This document shows, piece after piece, positions 13,816-27,653 of a DNA stretch of 64,000 bases. The notes under the pieces were generated by a model. That model did not search any database and was not told the origin of the DNA. It saw only the letters and a list, made by a program, of their open reading frames with translations. Position numbers and translations under genes: made by a program. This DNA is from Octopus vulgaris (Eukaryota), in NCBI GenBank assembly GCA_951406725.2, contig OX597814.1:39494001-39558000 (forward strand), read 5' to 3'. Each line of letters begins with the position of its first letter. Position 1 is the stretch's first letter.

Positions 13816-14268
13816 TGTGTGTGTGTCTGCATGTGTGTATGTATGACTACTTAAATATGCGAGCATACATATTATTTTGCTTCAACGTTAAATAATTTTT
13901 TCAAGGAATTATTACATGCTTTATATCGAATATAAATATTTACATTTAGTTGCACCATGTTTTCTTTCGCTTTAACATCACGCAGGGACATAGAGAGAAA
14001 GACATTCAATAACATAGCATTCCAAGAATGTTCTGAAAGTATGACAATATAAAACGAATATTTATTTTCCACATGAAGAAGTTGGATGCAAACAATCCAT
14101 GCAACATATATACACTAACAGCTATTCCTAATGTATATGTTGCATTGAACTAAAAGAAAAAAAGCATGAAACGTGATGTAATTGCCCACATACATACATA
14201 TAAATATGTATAAATATATATATATATATTTATACAAATATATATATATTTATATATATATATATTTT

Positions 14269-14308
<40 letters not shown>

Positions 14309-14473
14309 ATAAATATATATGTATATATATCTATAATATCTATGCATATATACATAAATACTAACATACCTACATAGATACACACATTTACACACACATA
14401 ACAAACGTAAATATACATGCTCTTCTATCAGTTTATCTCTCTCTATCCATCTATCTGGATATGTGTATGCACT

Positions 14474-14505
<32 letters not shown>

Positions 14506-14553
14506 CACATATTCACATACATACATACATACATACATACATACATACAAACA

Positions 14554-14587
<34 letters not shown>

Positions 14588-15135
14588 CATACATACATAC
14601 ATCTTGCACATGAAGAAAAAAATAATATATTCTATGTAATGTTTGAACGTTCAACCTTTCCGATGACATACCAATATTTCATATAAGAAAACAAAATCTG
14701 TGCCACATCACATTTGTTGAAAACTGCCATTTTTTGCATTTCGATTCGTTTGTGTTTCTCCTTTTATTTTCATATTTTGTAGTCATGATTATCCTTCTGC
14801 ATTATCCCTTCTTTCAGTCACTCAGTCTCATGTTTTGTTTTGTTTGATATTTTTCTGATGGTATGTCATTTTATTTCAGTGTACAACATCATATAATTAC
14901 TTTATCCTTTAACCTAGATTAATAAATCATTATTCTGCTATAATGGGATACTCTTTCAGTTCTGTCTTTTTCTTTCTATTCTTTTTTTCTTTTGGTTTGG
15001 CTTATTTCGTTCCTTTCTCTCTTATCTGCTCTGCATTCATTATTTTTTCTCATACTCATACTAGTAATTTACATATTTTCATTCTCCACCATCGTCTCCT
15101 GCTCTCAAATTTTTTCTTCTGGCTGTCACTGGTTT

Positions 15136-15251
15136 TCTTCTTCTTCTTCTTCTTCTTCTTCTTCTTCTTCTTCTTCTTCTTCTTCTTCTTCTTCTTCTTC
15201 TTCTTCTTCTTCTTCTTCTTCTTCTTCTTCTTCTTCTTCTTCTTCTTCTTC
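15136..15251. repeat. (TTC)n microsatellite
   Basis: Direct reading; source of the poly-F, poly-S and poly-K ORFs. Confidence 0.95.
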
Positions 15252-15282
15252 AACAAGCATATACTATAAACTTTATAGCAAT

Positions 15283-16070
15283 AGTTCCAAATTTTGCCGC
15301 AAGGCCAGCAAATTTAACGGATGATATTAAAGTCGATTGTATCGCCCCACGGAAAGATAAAAGGCCACGTGGGCCTTAGATGAATTTGATCTCAAAGGTT
15401 GTAGTAATATAATAATAAGGATATTTATTATTATTTAACCGGAATAAGCTATAAAGTAACTTAAGGGCCTGTAGTTTCGTGCATTGGCATTTATCCAACA
15501 TGATATTTATATTTATCAAAATATATTAACAAACATCATAATAGTTCCAAATTTCGGTACAAGGCCAGCAAATTTATGGGAAGAGGTAAGTCGATTACAT
15601 CGATTTAGTATTCGACTGGTATTTATTTTGTTGACCACGAAAAGATCAATGGTAAAATCGACCACAATGGAATTTGAAATTAGAACGTAAAATCCAAAGA
15701 AATACTGCTGTTCGTCGGCATAAACAGTTTTGATAATAAGAAATCAGCAATATTGTTTTCAGATTCGGTCACAATGCCAGGAATTGTGTGGAAGACTCTA
15801 GTAATGAATTGGTACTTATATTATCGACCCCGAAAGGATGCCACTAAGCATTTCGCCTGGCTTGCTACCGATTCTCTCAACTCGCCAACTTAAACAAGCC
15901 TAATTACAAGAATACTAATGATATTGACTTCAAATTTTGGCACAAGGCCACCAATTCTGTAGTGGTACTTTTTTTTATCAACCTCGGTGGAATTTGAACT
16001 CAGAACGTAAAGATGAGTGAATTGCTGCTAGGCATTTCGCCCGGCGTGCTGACAATTTTGCCAGCGCATT
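15283..16070 (-). mobile_element. Cluster of about four degenerate family-A SINEs
   Basis: Repeated (C/T)AAATTT.GG.ACAAGGCCA tails at ~15290, 15550, 15765 and 15930, plus GGAATTTGAACTCAGAACGTAA segments. Confidence 0.75.
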
Positions 16071-16088
16071 ACTTTAAGAATACTAATA

Positions 16089-17249
16089 TTTGGTTGTCAA
16101 GAAAGTTCTTGCGGAATTTTAAATTTTGGTTTTAAATGATGTATTTTCAAATTAATTTTCGTATTTCGCTTTATCTAATCGTGTTACTCATTTTCTTTTT
16201 GAATAACTAGGCCATTTTTTCCCGGAACGTTAGATACAACATGGACAAAAAGCAAATTCGCACAAGCTAGGCCGAAAAGCTGTTCTAACAGATCGCGATA
16301 TCAACGATGCGTTTGACCCAGGAACCACTAAAGAACGTACAGGAAAATGGTGGTTCAAGAAATTTCTTAGCGGTGACGAGAGTCTTGAAGATGATAACCG
16401 TAGTAGTCGGATGTTGAAAACGATCAACCAAGGGCCTTAATCGAAGCCAATCCACGCACAACTGGTCGAGAGCTTGCTCCTGAATTAGACGTAACATATA
16501 CAACAATTCCCAAGCATTTGAAAGAGATTGAGAAACAAAAATACTTGAGAAATAGGTGCCGCACGAATTGAATGAGAACTAAAAAATATGCCGTTTTGAA
16601 GTGTCGTCTTCCCTTCTTTTACGCCACAAGAACGACCCATTTGTTGACCGGATTGTTACTTGCGATGAAAAGTAGATTCTTTACGACAACCGGCGACGCT
16701 CAGCTCAGTAGCTGGACGCCGACTAAGCTCCACGGCTTTTCCCGAAGCCAAAGTTGCACCAAAAGAAGGTCATGGTAATTGTTTGGTGGTTTGCGACCGG
16801 TCTTATCCATCACAGCTTTTTGGATCCAGGCGAAACCATTACGGCGGAGAAGTACTGTCAGCAAATGGATGAGATGCATAAGAAACTCCGACATTGGTGA
16901 ATAAAAAAGGACCAATTCTTCTCTATGACAACGCTCGGCAGCACGTCGCACAACTCACCCTGCAGAAGGTGAACGAAATAGGCTCCGAAACTCTGCCTCA
17001 TCCACCATACTCACCAATCCTCTCACCTACCTACTACCACTATTTCAAGCATCTCGACAACTTCAACGACTTCATCGCCAACAGAACGCTGGATTTTTAC
17101 GCTACTGGCATATATAAACTTGTTTCGCGTTGACAAAAGTGTGTTGATTCTGATGGTGTTTATTTCGATAAACAAAGTTTTGTTTGAGCCGAGATATATG
17201 CATCTGAATTTAAAGGTTAAACACCGCAAGAACTTTATTGACAACCTAA
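16089..17249 (+). mobile_element. mariner DNA transposon (TIRs resemble the cecropia/Hsmar1 type), near full length, decayed
   Basis: Left TIR TTTGGTTGTCAAGAAAGTTCTTGCGG; right TIR reverse complement TTAGGTTGTCAATAAAGTTCTTGCGG. TA at 16087-16088 and 17250-17251. Confidence 0.93.
16241..17175 (+). pseudogene. mariner (DD34D-type) transposase pseudogene
   Basis: MDKKQIR..., WWFKKF, *VPHEL, IVTCDEK*ILYDN, VWW, LLYDNARQH, LPHPPYSPILSPT across several frames, with many stops. Confidence 0.92.
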
Positions 17250-17258
17250 TAATATACC

Positions 17259-17463
17259 TTTCTACTATAGGCACAAGGCCTGAAATTTCTGGGGAGGGGA
17301 TAGTCGATTATGTTGAGCCCTAGTCATAATTGATACTAATTTCATCGACCCCGAAAGGATGAAAGACAAAATCGACCTCGGCCGCATTTGAACTCAGAAC
17401 GTAAATACAGACGAAATGCCGCTAAGCATTTTTCGTGCTAACGATTCTACCAGCACGCCGCTT
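17259..17463 (-). mobile_element. Family-A SINE
   Basis: ATCGACCCCGAAAGGATGAAAG core, with tail TTTCTACTATAGGCACAAGGCC on the + strand. Confidence 0.88.
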
Positions 17464-19029
17464 CAAGAATACTAATTATATTAGCAAAATTGTATACCTG
17501 CATTGCTATAGATCTACTGTTAATATGTTGTTCTCTATTATCCCCTAGGTGATGATGATTAGAAAATGTCATAATTGTAATTTCTATACTGTCGTGTTAA
17601 TTTTTTCGTTGTTTATAATTCTATTCTTTTTTCTTTTTGCAGTTATTCTTACCGTTGTTGTAGATGTTACAACTGCTGGTGTGTTGCTGTGAGTATTTTC
17701 ATTGATATACGACTCTAATGTTTAGTGGCTTCTTCTGCTTTTAATATTGTTTTAATTTTAATTGTATTTATTCATAGTCTCTCTCCTATTTATGCGTCTA
17801 CGCCGTTGTTTAGGTTTCCTATTATTCTTGGAGTCAGTGTCGTTATTTTTTTTCTGTACCGGTTGTTGTTTTGCGGTTACATTTATGACTTTATTTCTTT
17901 TTTTTTTCTCCCGTTCTCCATTTCCTATGCTGTTCTTAATTTCGTAGTAGATATGTAGCACACATTTCATTATTTTCGTGTTGGTTGTTGATGTTAATGA
18001 CGTCGGTTCGTGTGTTAATGATGATGATTACTTTTGGTATTGATGTTTCTGCAATCGTTGATAGCAAATAGCAATTATTTATGAATTGCCAATTGGCAAA
18101 TGGCTAGCGATGAAACATTTCGAAATTAGCAGGTTTTCCACATCTGTCATAGTTTTCAACTAACATAAATGACTTACTAAATAAGTAAAACAGAAATAAA
18201 GAAATAAATGTCTAGATATCTAAATAAATAGACGATGAAAACACAAAACAAAATGGTGGATATCTGAAAGTATTACCATGGGAATTTTCAACGCGAAACA
18301 CATCGCTTTGTCGGACAACACGCTCGATAACAGTTAATGATAAATTTACTTGAGCGGAATGTCAGCCACGCTATACAGTCATTCTTTATGTAAATCATCT
18401 GTGAACGTTATCATTATAATGGATAGCAGCGAAAAGTGATACTCTTTCTCAATATCTCAACTATAGTATCAAATACGGTGTTGATGCATCTCCTTAATTT
18501 ACCGGTCGATGACTGGCATGTTATTTGTTGGTGTTTATAAGTCTAAGAAAAACATGCGTATAGAGATATTCATTACCTTATACAAATATGCTTACATAGA
18601 AATGTATAAATACTGCCAAATAAAGTATATTGCATAATAAACAGGTAAACAACGATATATACTGGCAAATACATATGTATATGGATGCATATATATACAT
18701 GTTACATGTGTATATATATGTTATAAGTGGGTGTGTATATACCTCACTCTCCTTATCTCTCTATTTCTCTATATATACAGAGAGAGATAGAGAGAGAAAA
18801 AGAGTCTGAAACAGAGAGAGAGATATATAAATAGATAGGTTATGAAGGTGATTCTGTAAGAGAATCCTTTCTTGGAGTTTCAAGTGCCCGCTCCTCAGGC
18901 AACTCAGTATATGCATAAACATTGATTCATGCCCCATGCCTATATTTTCAAAGGATGTCAAAGGAAAATATGACCGTGACAAAAGAGAAAAAAGAAGAGG
19001 GAAAGCGGAGAATAGTGATAGAAATGATT

Positions 19030-19072
<43 letters not shown>

Positions 19073-19230
19073 GTACGTATGTATATAAATGTATATATAT
19101 AAACCTTTCTTCTTCCCTTCTTTCCTGAGCGTCCAATAATACTTTATTTGTTCCGCGTCCTTGCGTTGTTGTTTTTTTGTTTTTGTTTTCTTGTTTGGAT
19201 TAACTTTATATATATATATATATGTTTATA

Positions 19231-19578
<348 letters not shown>

Positions 19579-19648
19579 AATATTTATGTATGTATTATGT
19601 ATACATGTATGTATTATGTATGTATGTATCTATCTATCTATCTCTCTC

Positions 19649-19683
<35 letters not shown>

Positions 19684-19691
19684 ATGAATAT

Positions 19692-20050
19692 GTGGAGGCG
19701 CACTGGCCCAGTGGTTGCAGCAGCGGCTGTAGGATCTCTGTTTCGATTCCCAGACAGGGCGATGTGTGTGTTTGTTGGGTGAGAAGACCTAAAGCTTCAC
19801 GAGTCTCCGGCAGTGGTTGGTAGTGAACACTGCTGTACCCTTTAACAACAAATTTCTCCCACTCTTTCTTCCTGTTTCTGTTGTAGCTGTATTTCAAATT
19901 TCCAACCTTATCTCACTCTGTGTCACGCTGAATCTCTCCGAGAACTACGTTATGGGGACACGAGTATGTGGAGTGCTCAGCCACTTGCACGTTAATTTCA
20001 CGAGCATGCTGTTTTGTTGATCAGATCAACTGGAACCCTTGTCGCCGACA
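19692..20050 (+). mobile_element. tRNA-derived SINE, family D (tail type 1)
   Basis: A-box TGGCCCAGTGG and B-box GTTTCGATTCCC; body ACCTAAAGCT.CACGAGTCTCCGGCAG shared with 41107-41416. Confidence 0.85.
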
Positions 20051-20399
20051 TACACATACACACACATGCACACATATATACAATACTGCCGTCTCTGCCC
20101 TGAGCTTCATGGGTAAACTGTCTCGCTTAATATATCTATGTAACAAAATACAAAATTGTTATTGTGTATACATTTACTGAATCCGTCTTATTTCATTATA
20201 CTATAATCCTTGTGTCGAGTGTGTTTTATGATGACATTTTCTTTCAGAAGCACATATGCCACATCTCATGTTGCGATTTGCATAAGTCTAACACATTTTA
20301 CGGAACTACTATACGTAGTTTTGTGACAAAAGAAAAAAAAAACCCAGCTGCAACTGAAACGTTGTTTTGTTTATCATTTCCTGCATTCTTTAATTATTT

Positions 20400-20651
20400 T
20401 ATTTGTTTTAGACATTTAACCGCGGTCATGCTAGATTACCGCTTATAGTAAAAGAATTGCCCCAGGACTTGACCTTTGTAAGCCCTGTACTCATTCTATC
20501 GGTCTGTTTGCGAACTGCTAATTTACGAGTGGTGGGGTGACGTAAACACGCCAAGATCGGTTTTCAAGTGATGGTAGAGGTACAAACACAGACACACAAA
20601 TACATACATGCGCACATATACACACACGTGCACACGCACACGCATACACAC

Positions 20652-20697
<46 letters not shown>

Positions 20698-20857
20698 TGG
20701 GCTTATTACAGTTTCCGTCGACCAAATCTACCCATAAATATATTTCGTCGGCCCGAAGCTATGTTAGAAGATACTTGCTCAAGGTGTCAGGGAGTGGGAC
20801 TGAATTCAGAAGCATGTGGTTGATAAGCAAGGTTCTTACCACACAGTCAATCCCGCA
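20400..20857 (-). mobile_element. Family-B SINE, degenerate
   Basis: Colinear with 55720-56106, including the internal CA/TA tract. Confidence 0.82.
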
Positions 20858-21835
20858 CCGTATATATACATTTATGTATGTATGTATGAATGTATGTATG
20901 TATGAAATGTGTATTTATGCATAAATATATTTAGAAGTGTTAAGCGGCAGTTCTTAGGTTTTACCTGTACTTCATGCTAAAAGAAAGAAAGTATACATTG
21001 TCCAGAAATCAATATTTCCTAGAAATTAAACTTCTAAATTATTTCCTAATCCCAGTCATCTCGAAGTGTCCCTTGCGTCATTGTTAGTGCTTTGCTTGAT
21101 CAATAGCCTCGTTCTAATGATCACCTAACTGAGGTAGCTATCACTAAGATGTTAACACAAGGTAAACAAACTAACTATACTATATATATATATTGATAGT
21201 TGCGGCTCTAACACGACTGTGATAGCACTGAAGATTCAAAAAATGTGAGAGGAAAAGAGAAACAATAACAAATGTTATCAGTCACTTTCGTAAACATAAC
21301 AAATCACCTAAAGTGTAGATGTTAGAACTAAGATACCTAGTTTTGTTGGAATTTTTTTCAAATATTGGAAATTCTCTCTCGATCGATGTCATCTTCAAGT
21401 AGCATCGCATGAATTGATGAGAAAGATTATTATAACATTTTTCAGTTAAAATAATCGGGATAAATAAAAAGGAGAATTTTGTTTTCTATAAGGGTTCTAT
21501 AGGTTCAAGTATCAACACTATCAATTTACTTTTCCTCAAACAATAGACAGCATTCATTTGATATAATTGCTTGAATGAATGGATTTTGTTTCATTTCTGT
21601 ATAAAAGCATTCTTGATTACTACGACACAGCCCGTGGGTAACTGTGTCTTTAGATGAAGTAAAGTTCCAGTTATATATTCGGGTTGATTCAATGTATTAT
21701 ACATTCACCTTAAGTGTGTGTCCTTGTGCCGGTGTTAGAAATTCATATTGCAGTGAATGTAACCGAAAGAGATAAAGAGAGCAACGATGGAGACCGGGAA
21801 AGAGAGAGAGAGAAAAATAGAGAGAGAGGGAGAAA

Positions 21836-21870
<35 letters not shown>

Positions 21871-23361
21871 TACAAAAAGAGAAAGAGAGAGAGAGAAAGT
21901 ATATAGTAACCGAAGAGAAAGAGAGAATGAAAGAATGTATGCGAAAAACGAATGGTAGGTGTACTTTAAATGTGAGACCATATCTGCATGAGAGAATTTT
22001 ACATATAACCTGGGCACTTAATTCTAGGTGTAATATAGCCGTAAAATTCCACATTCGGCTTTTATAGTAGTCTAGATGCTTAAATGAACATTTTACGTTG
22101 GTCTACAATCCTAATTATATCCTTTATATGCACATCAATATTCAATTACAAGACTTTTATATTGAGGAGCGTATAAGATGAAGGGTATTGCATATTGACA
22201 CATGATTATACGTCTATGCAATCTCTCTCCTTCTCTCTCTCACCTTCTCCCATTATGAATATATGTATATATGAATATATGTATATATGCACATGTGCAT
22301 GTATGTGCATATTTATATATGTATATGTGTGCGTATATATGTATATGTGTATATATATACATATATATGCATATATGTATGTATGTATGTGTGTATGTAT
22401 GACTGTTTGTGTGTGAGTGTGTGTGTTTAAAGCTCCGCTTTATAAGAGTAACAAAGACCATTTCACGTCCAACACTTCTATATTCAACCACAGGTTTGCT
22501 AATTCTACACCATGGATTTACACCCTAAGCCATTGAACAAGTAGTGTGTTGCACAACCTGCTTATATGTGGTAAGATCAAATGCGGCATAGTTCTCCCAT
22601 TTTGTCGTCACACGTAATTCTGCACGCTTTATTTAATTTAATTATCGAGAATTGTCAAAAAGGTGGGCTTGTAAAATATTGCACTAGATAGGTATATCAA
22701 ACCTGAACAAAAACGATGTACGGACAGAATAATATAATATTCCAGTGATCAATAAGTTTCCTTCGAAGTTAAGGTGTCAAGTATCTTAGGCACGCGTCTC
22801 CCACTGCATATTTCAGCTAGATGGAAAGCTTGTGAGTGAATTTAGATATACGAGAATATTGTGGAAGTTATCACTTTCAAAGTGGAAGTGTTATCATAAA
22901 GTATATCACACAGATATTTCATGCAGATTTTATTATAGTAACATATGTTCAGCGAGAACTTACTCTCCCACCTACATAATTCAATGAGCAGGCAGGACAG
23001 TCAATTGGATTATTCATCGTTGAGACTGAAAAATGGACGATATACGTACTTATCTAAAATTTTGTATCCTGAAATTACGTGCCTCCTCGCACTTATTAAA
23101 ACGACACTGAACTTATACTATTAATGAATACTTCAGATTTGGGGAGCATTTGCAGTTGATAATTACATATATTCATACATAACTGCTATCTTAATCCAAA
23201 TTTGTATAATAATCAGACTATATGATTCCATATTTCTTGATTCTTTTAAGCACCAAAGGGGTTTGAATGAATATTATTGACTTCCATGATTTATGCTTTG
23301 AAATTAGACCCTTATCGTATAAATTATATAAATTACATAAATTATATACATACATATTTAT

Positions 23362-23415
<54 letters not shown>

Positions 23416-23438
23416 ACACATACATACATATAGATACA

Positions 23439-23470
<32 letters not shown>

Positions 23471-23494
23471 AGGGAACAAAGTCTACGTACGCCA

Positions 23495-23570
<76 letters not shown>

Positions 23571-23582
23571 TATATATAATAA

Positions 23583-23710
23583 TAAAATACAAAATGTAAC
23601 AAGAACGCAAAACATCCAGATAGACGATACAAAAAACCATGAACGGGTCATTCGAAGCCTTTTATCTTCGGTCAAGAACCGGGTCATCCTCACAATTTCG
23701 GCTGATTAAC
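23583..23710. repeat. Interspersed ~125-bp repeat next to (TA)n; second copy at 44426-44543
   Basis: ACAAGAACGCAAAAC.TCCAG...TCATTCGAAGCCTTT.ATCTTC.GTCAAGAA.CGG.TCATCCTCACAATTTCGGCTGAT in both copies. Confidence 0.85.
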
Positions 23711-24940
23711 ACACACACATACACATATAATTATGTTAAATGCGTTATACCAGTTTAAGAGCCTGTGCCTACTCAGAATCATTCCTAATGAAAATTACCT
23801 GCAAATCAAGCTTAGACCATCGATAACTTGTGGATGTGCATTAACGTGATTAATCAATATTGGCAAATATGTTGCAACTTTGAGCAAATTTTCCAACCTT
23901 GTGTAATGTTGCTTACTACCTAGGTACCATTTAGCAGGTAGATTAGCATATTTTTGAACTAACGATCACCTTGTATGTGTTATATGTGTATTATTTGAAG
24001 GATTCACTCTGGTTCTAAAGACAGGTGAATGTTGTGTTGCTAAAGCAACAGCTACTGGGAAGTCATTTCATGATACATAGGATGGTTTCACACATGTGTA
24101 CGGAAAGTGAGAAAACTTCTACATAAAATATTCATCATGAACCGCGCTTTGCTATTTCTTTAAACACATAGCTAATAATTACAAGACAGCGTCTAAAACA
24201 CATGTACAAATACATAGGTACAAGTTTATATGTAAAAGTGCTTGTATTACCATGTTTCTAAGAGGGCTAGTTCACAACTGTGTGTTATCAGATTCAATTC
24301 CATAGCATGAAATCTTAGGGAAGGGAAGTCCCTTGTTAGCGTATTTCTAGTGAATTTCGTACATTGACTCTGTCCAGAAACCCATTCTTTATGTATGCAA
24401 GTAAATACATACATACATGCATACATATAATAACTTCAACTCTGCAGGCTCATAATTCGAAGTCTAATTTTTTCTAACTCTAGGTATAAAGCTGTCTAGC
24501 ATATTCTTACTGATTCATCCTATGTCTAAGTTTATAATTTTAGGCTATAGTTTTTAATTTTAAGTTTTAAATTTTAATTCTTCATATTTTATCTCGTATC
24601 ATTTAATTGCTGTTAAGCTTGAAATATAATTTGTAATTTTACTTAGTAATTTTAGGTGTTAAGTTTTGATTTTAAATCTAAGTTTTAACTCTAATTTTTA
24701 ATCCTTTATCTCGTATCATTTAATTGCAATTAAGCCTGAAATAGAATTTTAAATATCCGTATTAACCACTATACTACTGTCCTTTGCAACATTACCTAGA
24801 CAGCTATTCCACCCCCAATTTATTGAATCTTCAAGGTTTGTCCTCTCATCCCGATGCAATACTAAGCTATGTCAATCATTACCTTTACTTTTATTTTTAT
24901 TTTTCTACACTTTTACTCGTATCTTAATTTTACTTTTTCT

Positions 24941-24989
<49 letters not shown>

Positions 24990-25596
24990 AACCCATTTAT
25001 GATATCTCTATCATTATATTACTTTTATCTTATGTTTATGCTTATTTTATATATATATATAGATGTATATATATATATATAATTTTTATTCATATTTTTA
25101 CCTTTTTACCCCTATCTTATTTCTATTCCTTTCTCCTCTCTCTCTCTCCCTCTCCTTTATTCACTCATTCACAAAATCTATTTATCTATCTTACTTTCTT
25201 GCTTTATATACACATTTACAATATGAATACATAATTCAAAACACTGACTTCCCCGCACAAAAAAATGCCTGGATTTACCTAGGGTTATAACTAAAGATCG
25301 GTACCTTCATGGAATTACCGAGCAAAATCCACATCCTCTTGAAAAAGATGAGCTTTGAACATTATTCTCCTGTCTATATTCTTCTAACTATCTTTATTCT
25401 TCTTCTATTTACTCGTTTAGTCCTGTTTTATACTCCTTATAAACTGTGAATTTTATTCTTTGTAAACTAAATTTCCACAGTCTCAAACATTCATAACTTC
25501 TCTCTGATGACGGATTACCCAATACTGGTTATCCCAGATTTGCCTGTTTGACTTCAAATTCACCTTACCCTAATTACATTTGCTAAATGAATTGAA

Positions 25597-25803
25597 GGCG
25601 GTAAACTGGCAGAAACTTTAGCACGCCAGGTGAAATGCTTAGCGGTTTTTCGTCTATCTGTACGTTCACATTCCGCCGAGGTCAACTTTGCCTTCCATCC
25701 TTTCGGGGTCGATAAATTAAGTACAAGTTGCGTACTGGGGTCAATCTAATGGACTGACACCTCCCTCCAAATTTCGGGCCTTGTGCCTAGAGTAGAAAAG
25801 ATT
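25597..25803 (+). mobile_element. Family-A SINE with a 13-bp TSD
   Basis: Core GCCTTCCATCCTTTCGGGGTCGATAAATTAAG. TSD CTAAATGA(A/C)TTGA at 25583-25595 and 25804-25816. Confidence 0.9.
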
Positions 25804-25925
25804 CTAAATGACTTGAGATACTTGCTCTGATCTTGAACCTAACGGTCGACTATTTTACTCACTTACACAACGTACATTAGTTTAGATCCTAACTGAAGTA
25901 AACCCCTCATATATTTTTATGTATG

Positions 25926-25961
<36 letters not shown>

Positions 25962-27130
25962 CTGACTTCTCTTATATATGTATGCATATATAGATAGAGA
26001 AAGAAAAAGAGAGAGAAACACACGCACACACTTGCATACATAAATATACATACACAGACTCACACATAAATATACATGTATATCTAATACATATACATGC
26101 GCACGCACAGACACACTCACACAGATATATGCGTGTCTGCTTATACACGATTGTCTGTGCCCGAGAGACACTAAACCAGTATTGTTTACATTGTATTCAT
26201 AAATGAACCGTAATAAACCGTTATCGATGTAACATATACTAGAACGATATAATTACTACAGTCGCTATGACCGACTAAATGCTTTACAGTAGTGCGTTAG
26301 CATAGCCTCAATCGAATGCCTGAACGAGAAAATGAATAATAGAATACGGTATGGTTGTAGCGCAAAATGCTATAGAACAACATAAAAATGGCATCCGTTA
26401 AAATGTCCTAAATTCGGGTTTTTCCGTTCATTGATGTTTTTCAATGGTCTTATTTGCATTGATATAATAGGCATCAAACATCTACTTTTACTGTAAAGGT
26501 TTTACTGTTTTTCTAGAAAGGATAGGATGGTGACTAATATGAAACATATTCATTCAGTTATATGTAGGCAGGAATTTATTTAACTGAAGAAGGTGTGTGA
26601 AACAGGGAGTGCCGGTGAACTGATGAGGTTCTATATTACAAGTATGATTGATTTGTTTGATGCTATCTTTAAAAATGTGCCGGTCAATGTTTACCTGAAC
26701 GGAGAATGTGAAGACGGCGGTGTGTTGCAGTCTTAATGCAGCTACGAAATTTGATGTTAACGTCACCCTTGCTGGATTGAAAACGAGATTACCTACTTCA
26801 GAATTACAAATCACGTAATAGATATCAAAGCTGAAGTAAAAAAAGTAGAAATCATGTATATGTGGGTTATTTTGTTGCAGTGTATCGGTGAGAAAACATT
26901 AACCAAATTGGTGTTCATGTCAATGCAACCTAGGTAGGTGTTCTGTGGTGTAGCTGCGTGTTCACGTAATAAACGTAATCACTTCGCTCAAATCGGATCT
27001 ACATGAAACTTGAATGCATTCATCAATGACAACGGATGAACCAATTTAGTATTTAGGTGGCCCTAAAGAAAACTTTCATTCTTCAGCGATAGTCTTAAAG
27101 CACACACACACACATACACACACATGTCTA

Positions 27131-27291
27131 TCCAGTCAAAAGAAGAAAAGAAAATGGCGCTTAGGAAGTTAACAAATGCTTATTATTAACAAATTGGTAA
27201 TCTTCGCTCCAAGAGCGTAAATAAACAAATTGTTAATAATAAATACTTGTTAGCCTCCAAATCTCCATTTCCTTTTATTCTTTTAACTGGA
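27131..27291. repeat. Imperfect ~160-bp fold-back (inverted repeat)
   Basis: TCCAGTCAAAAGAA...TTTATTATTAACAA pairs with TTGTTAATAATAAA...TTCTTTTAACTGGA. Confidence 0.8.
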
Positions 27292-27537
27292 TTCAAACTA
27301 TATGACTAATATATACCAATTGTTTTAATAGTAGGTATTGATCCAGTGTTTCCTGGGATGCAACAATCTTTCCACGAGGTTAACATATCCTCTAATTAAA
27401 TCTACACACGCGCGCACTCACACAGACACACATGTCTATACAATATATAATTCACTCAGAAAACAACTCACTTCTCATGGATTACAGTGAGTGTGTATGT
27501 GTATCTCTGTGTGTTGGTTTGTTTGTGTGTGTGAGTA

Positions 27538-27653
<116 letters not shown>

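Noticed and set aside
26590-26736. Short open frame ETGSAGELMRFYITSMIDLFDAIFKNVPVNVYLNGECEDGGVLQS as a possible exon
   Set aside because: In-frame stops on both sides, no convincing splice signals and no recognisable domain. BLASTX or RNA-seq would be needed.
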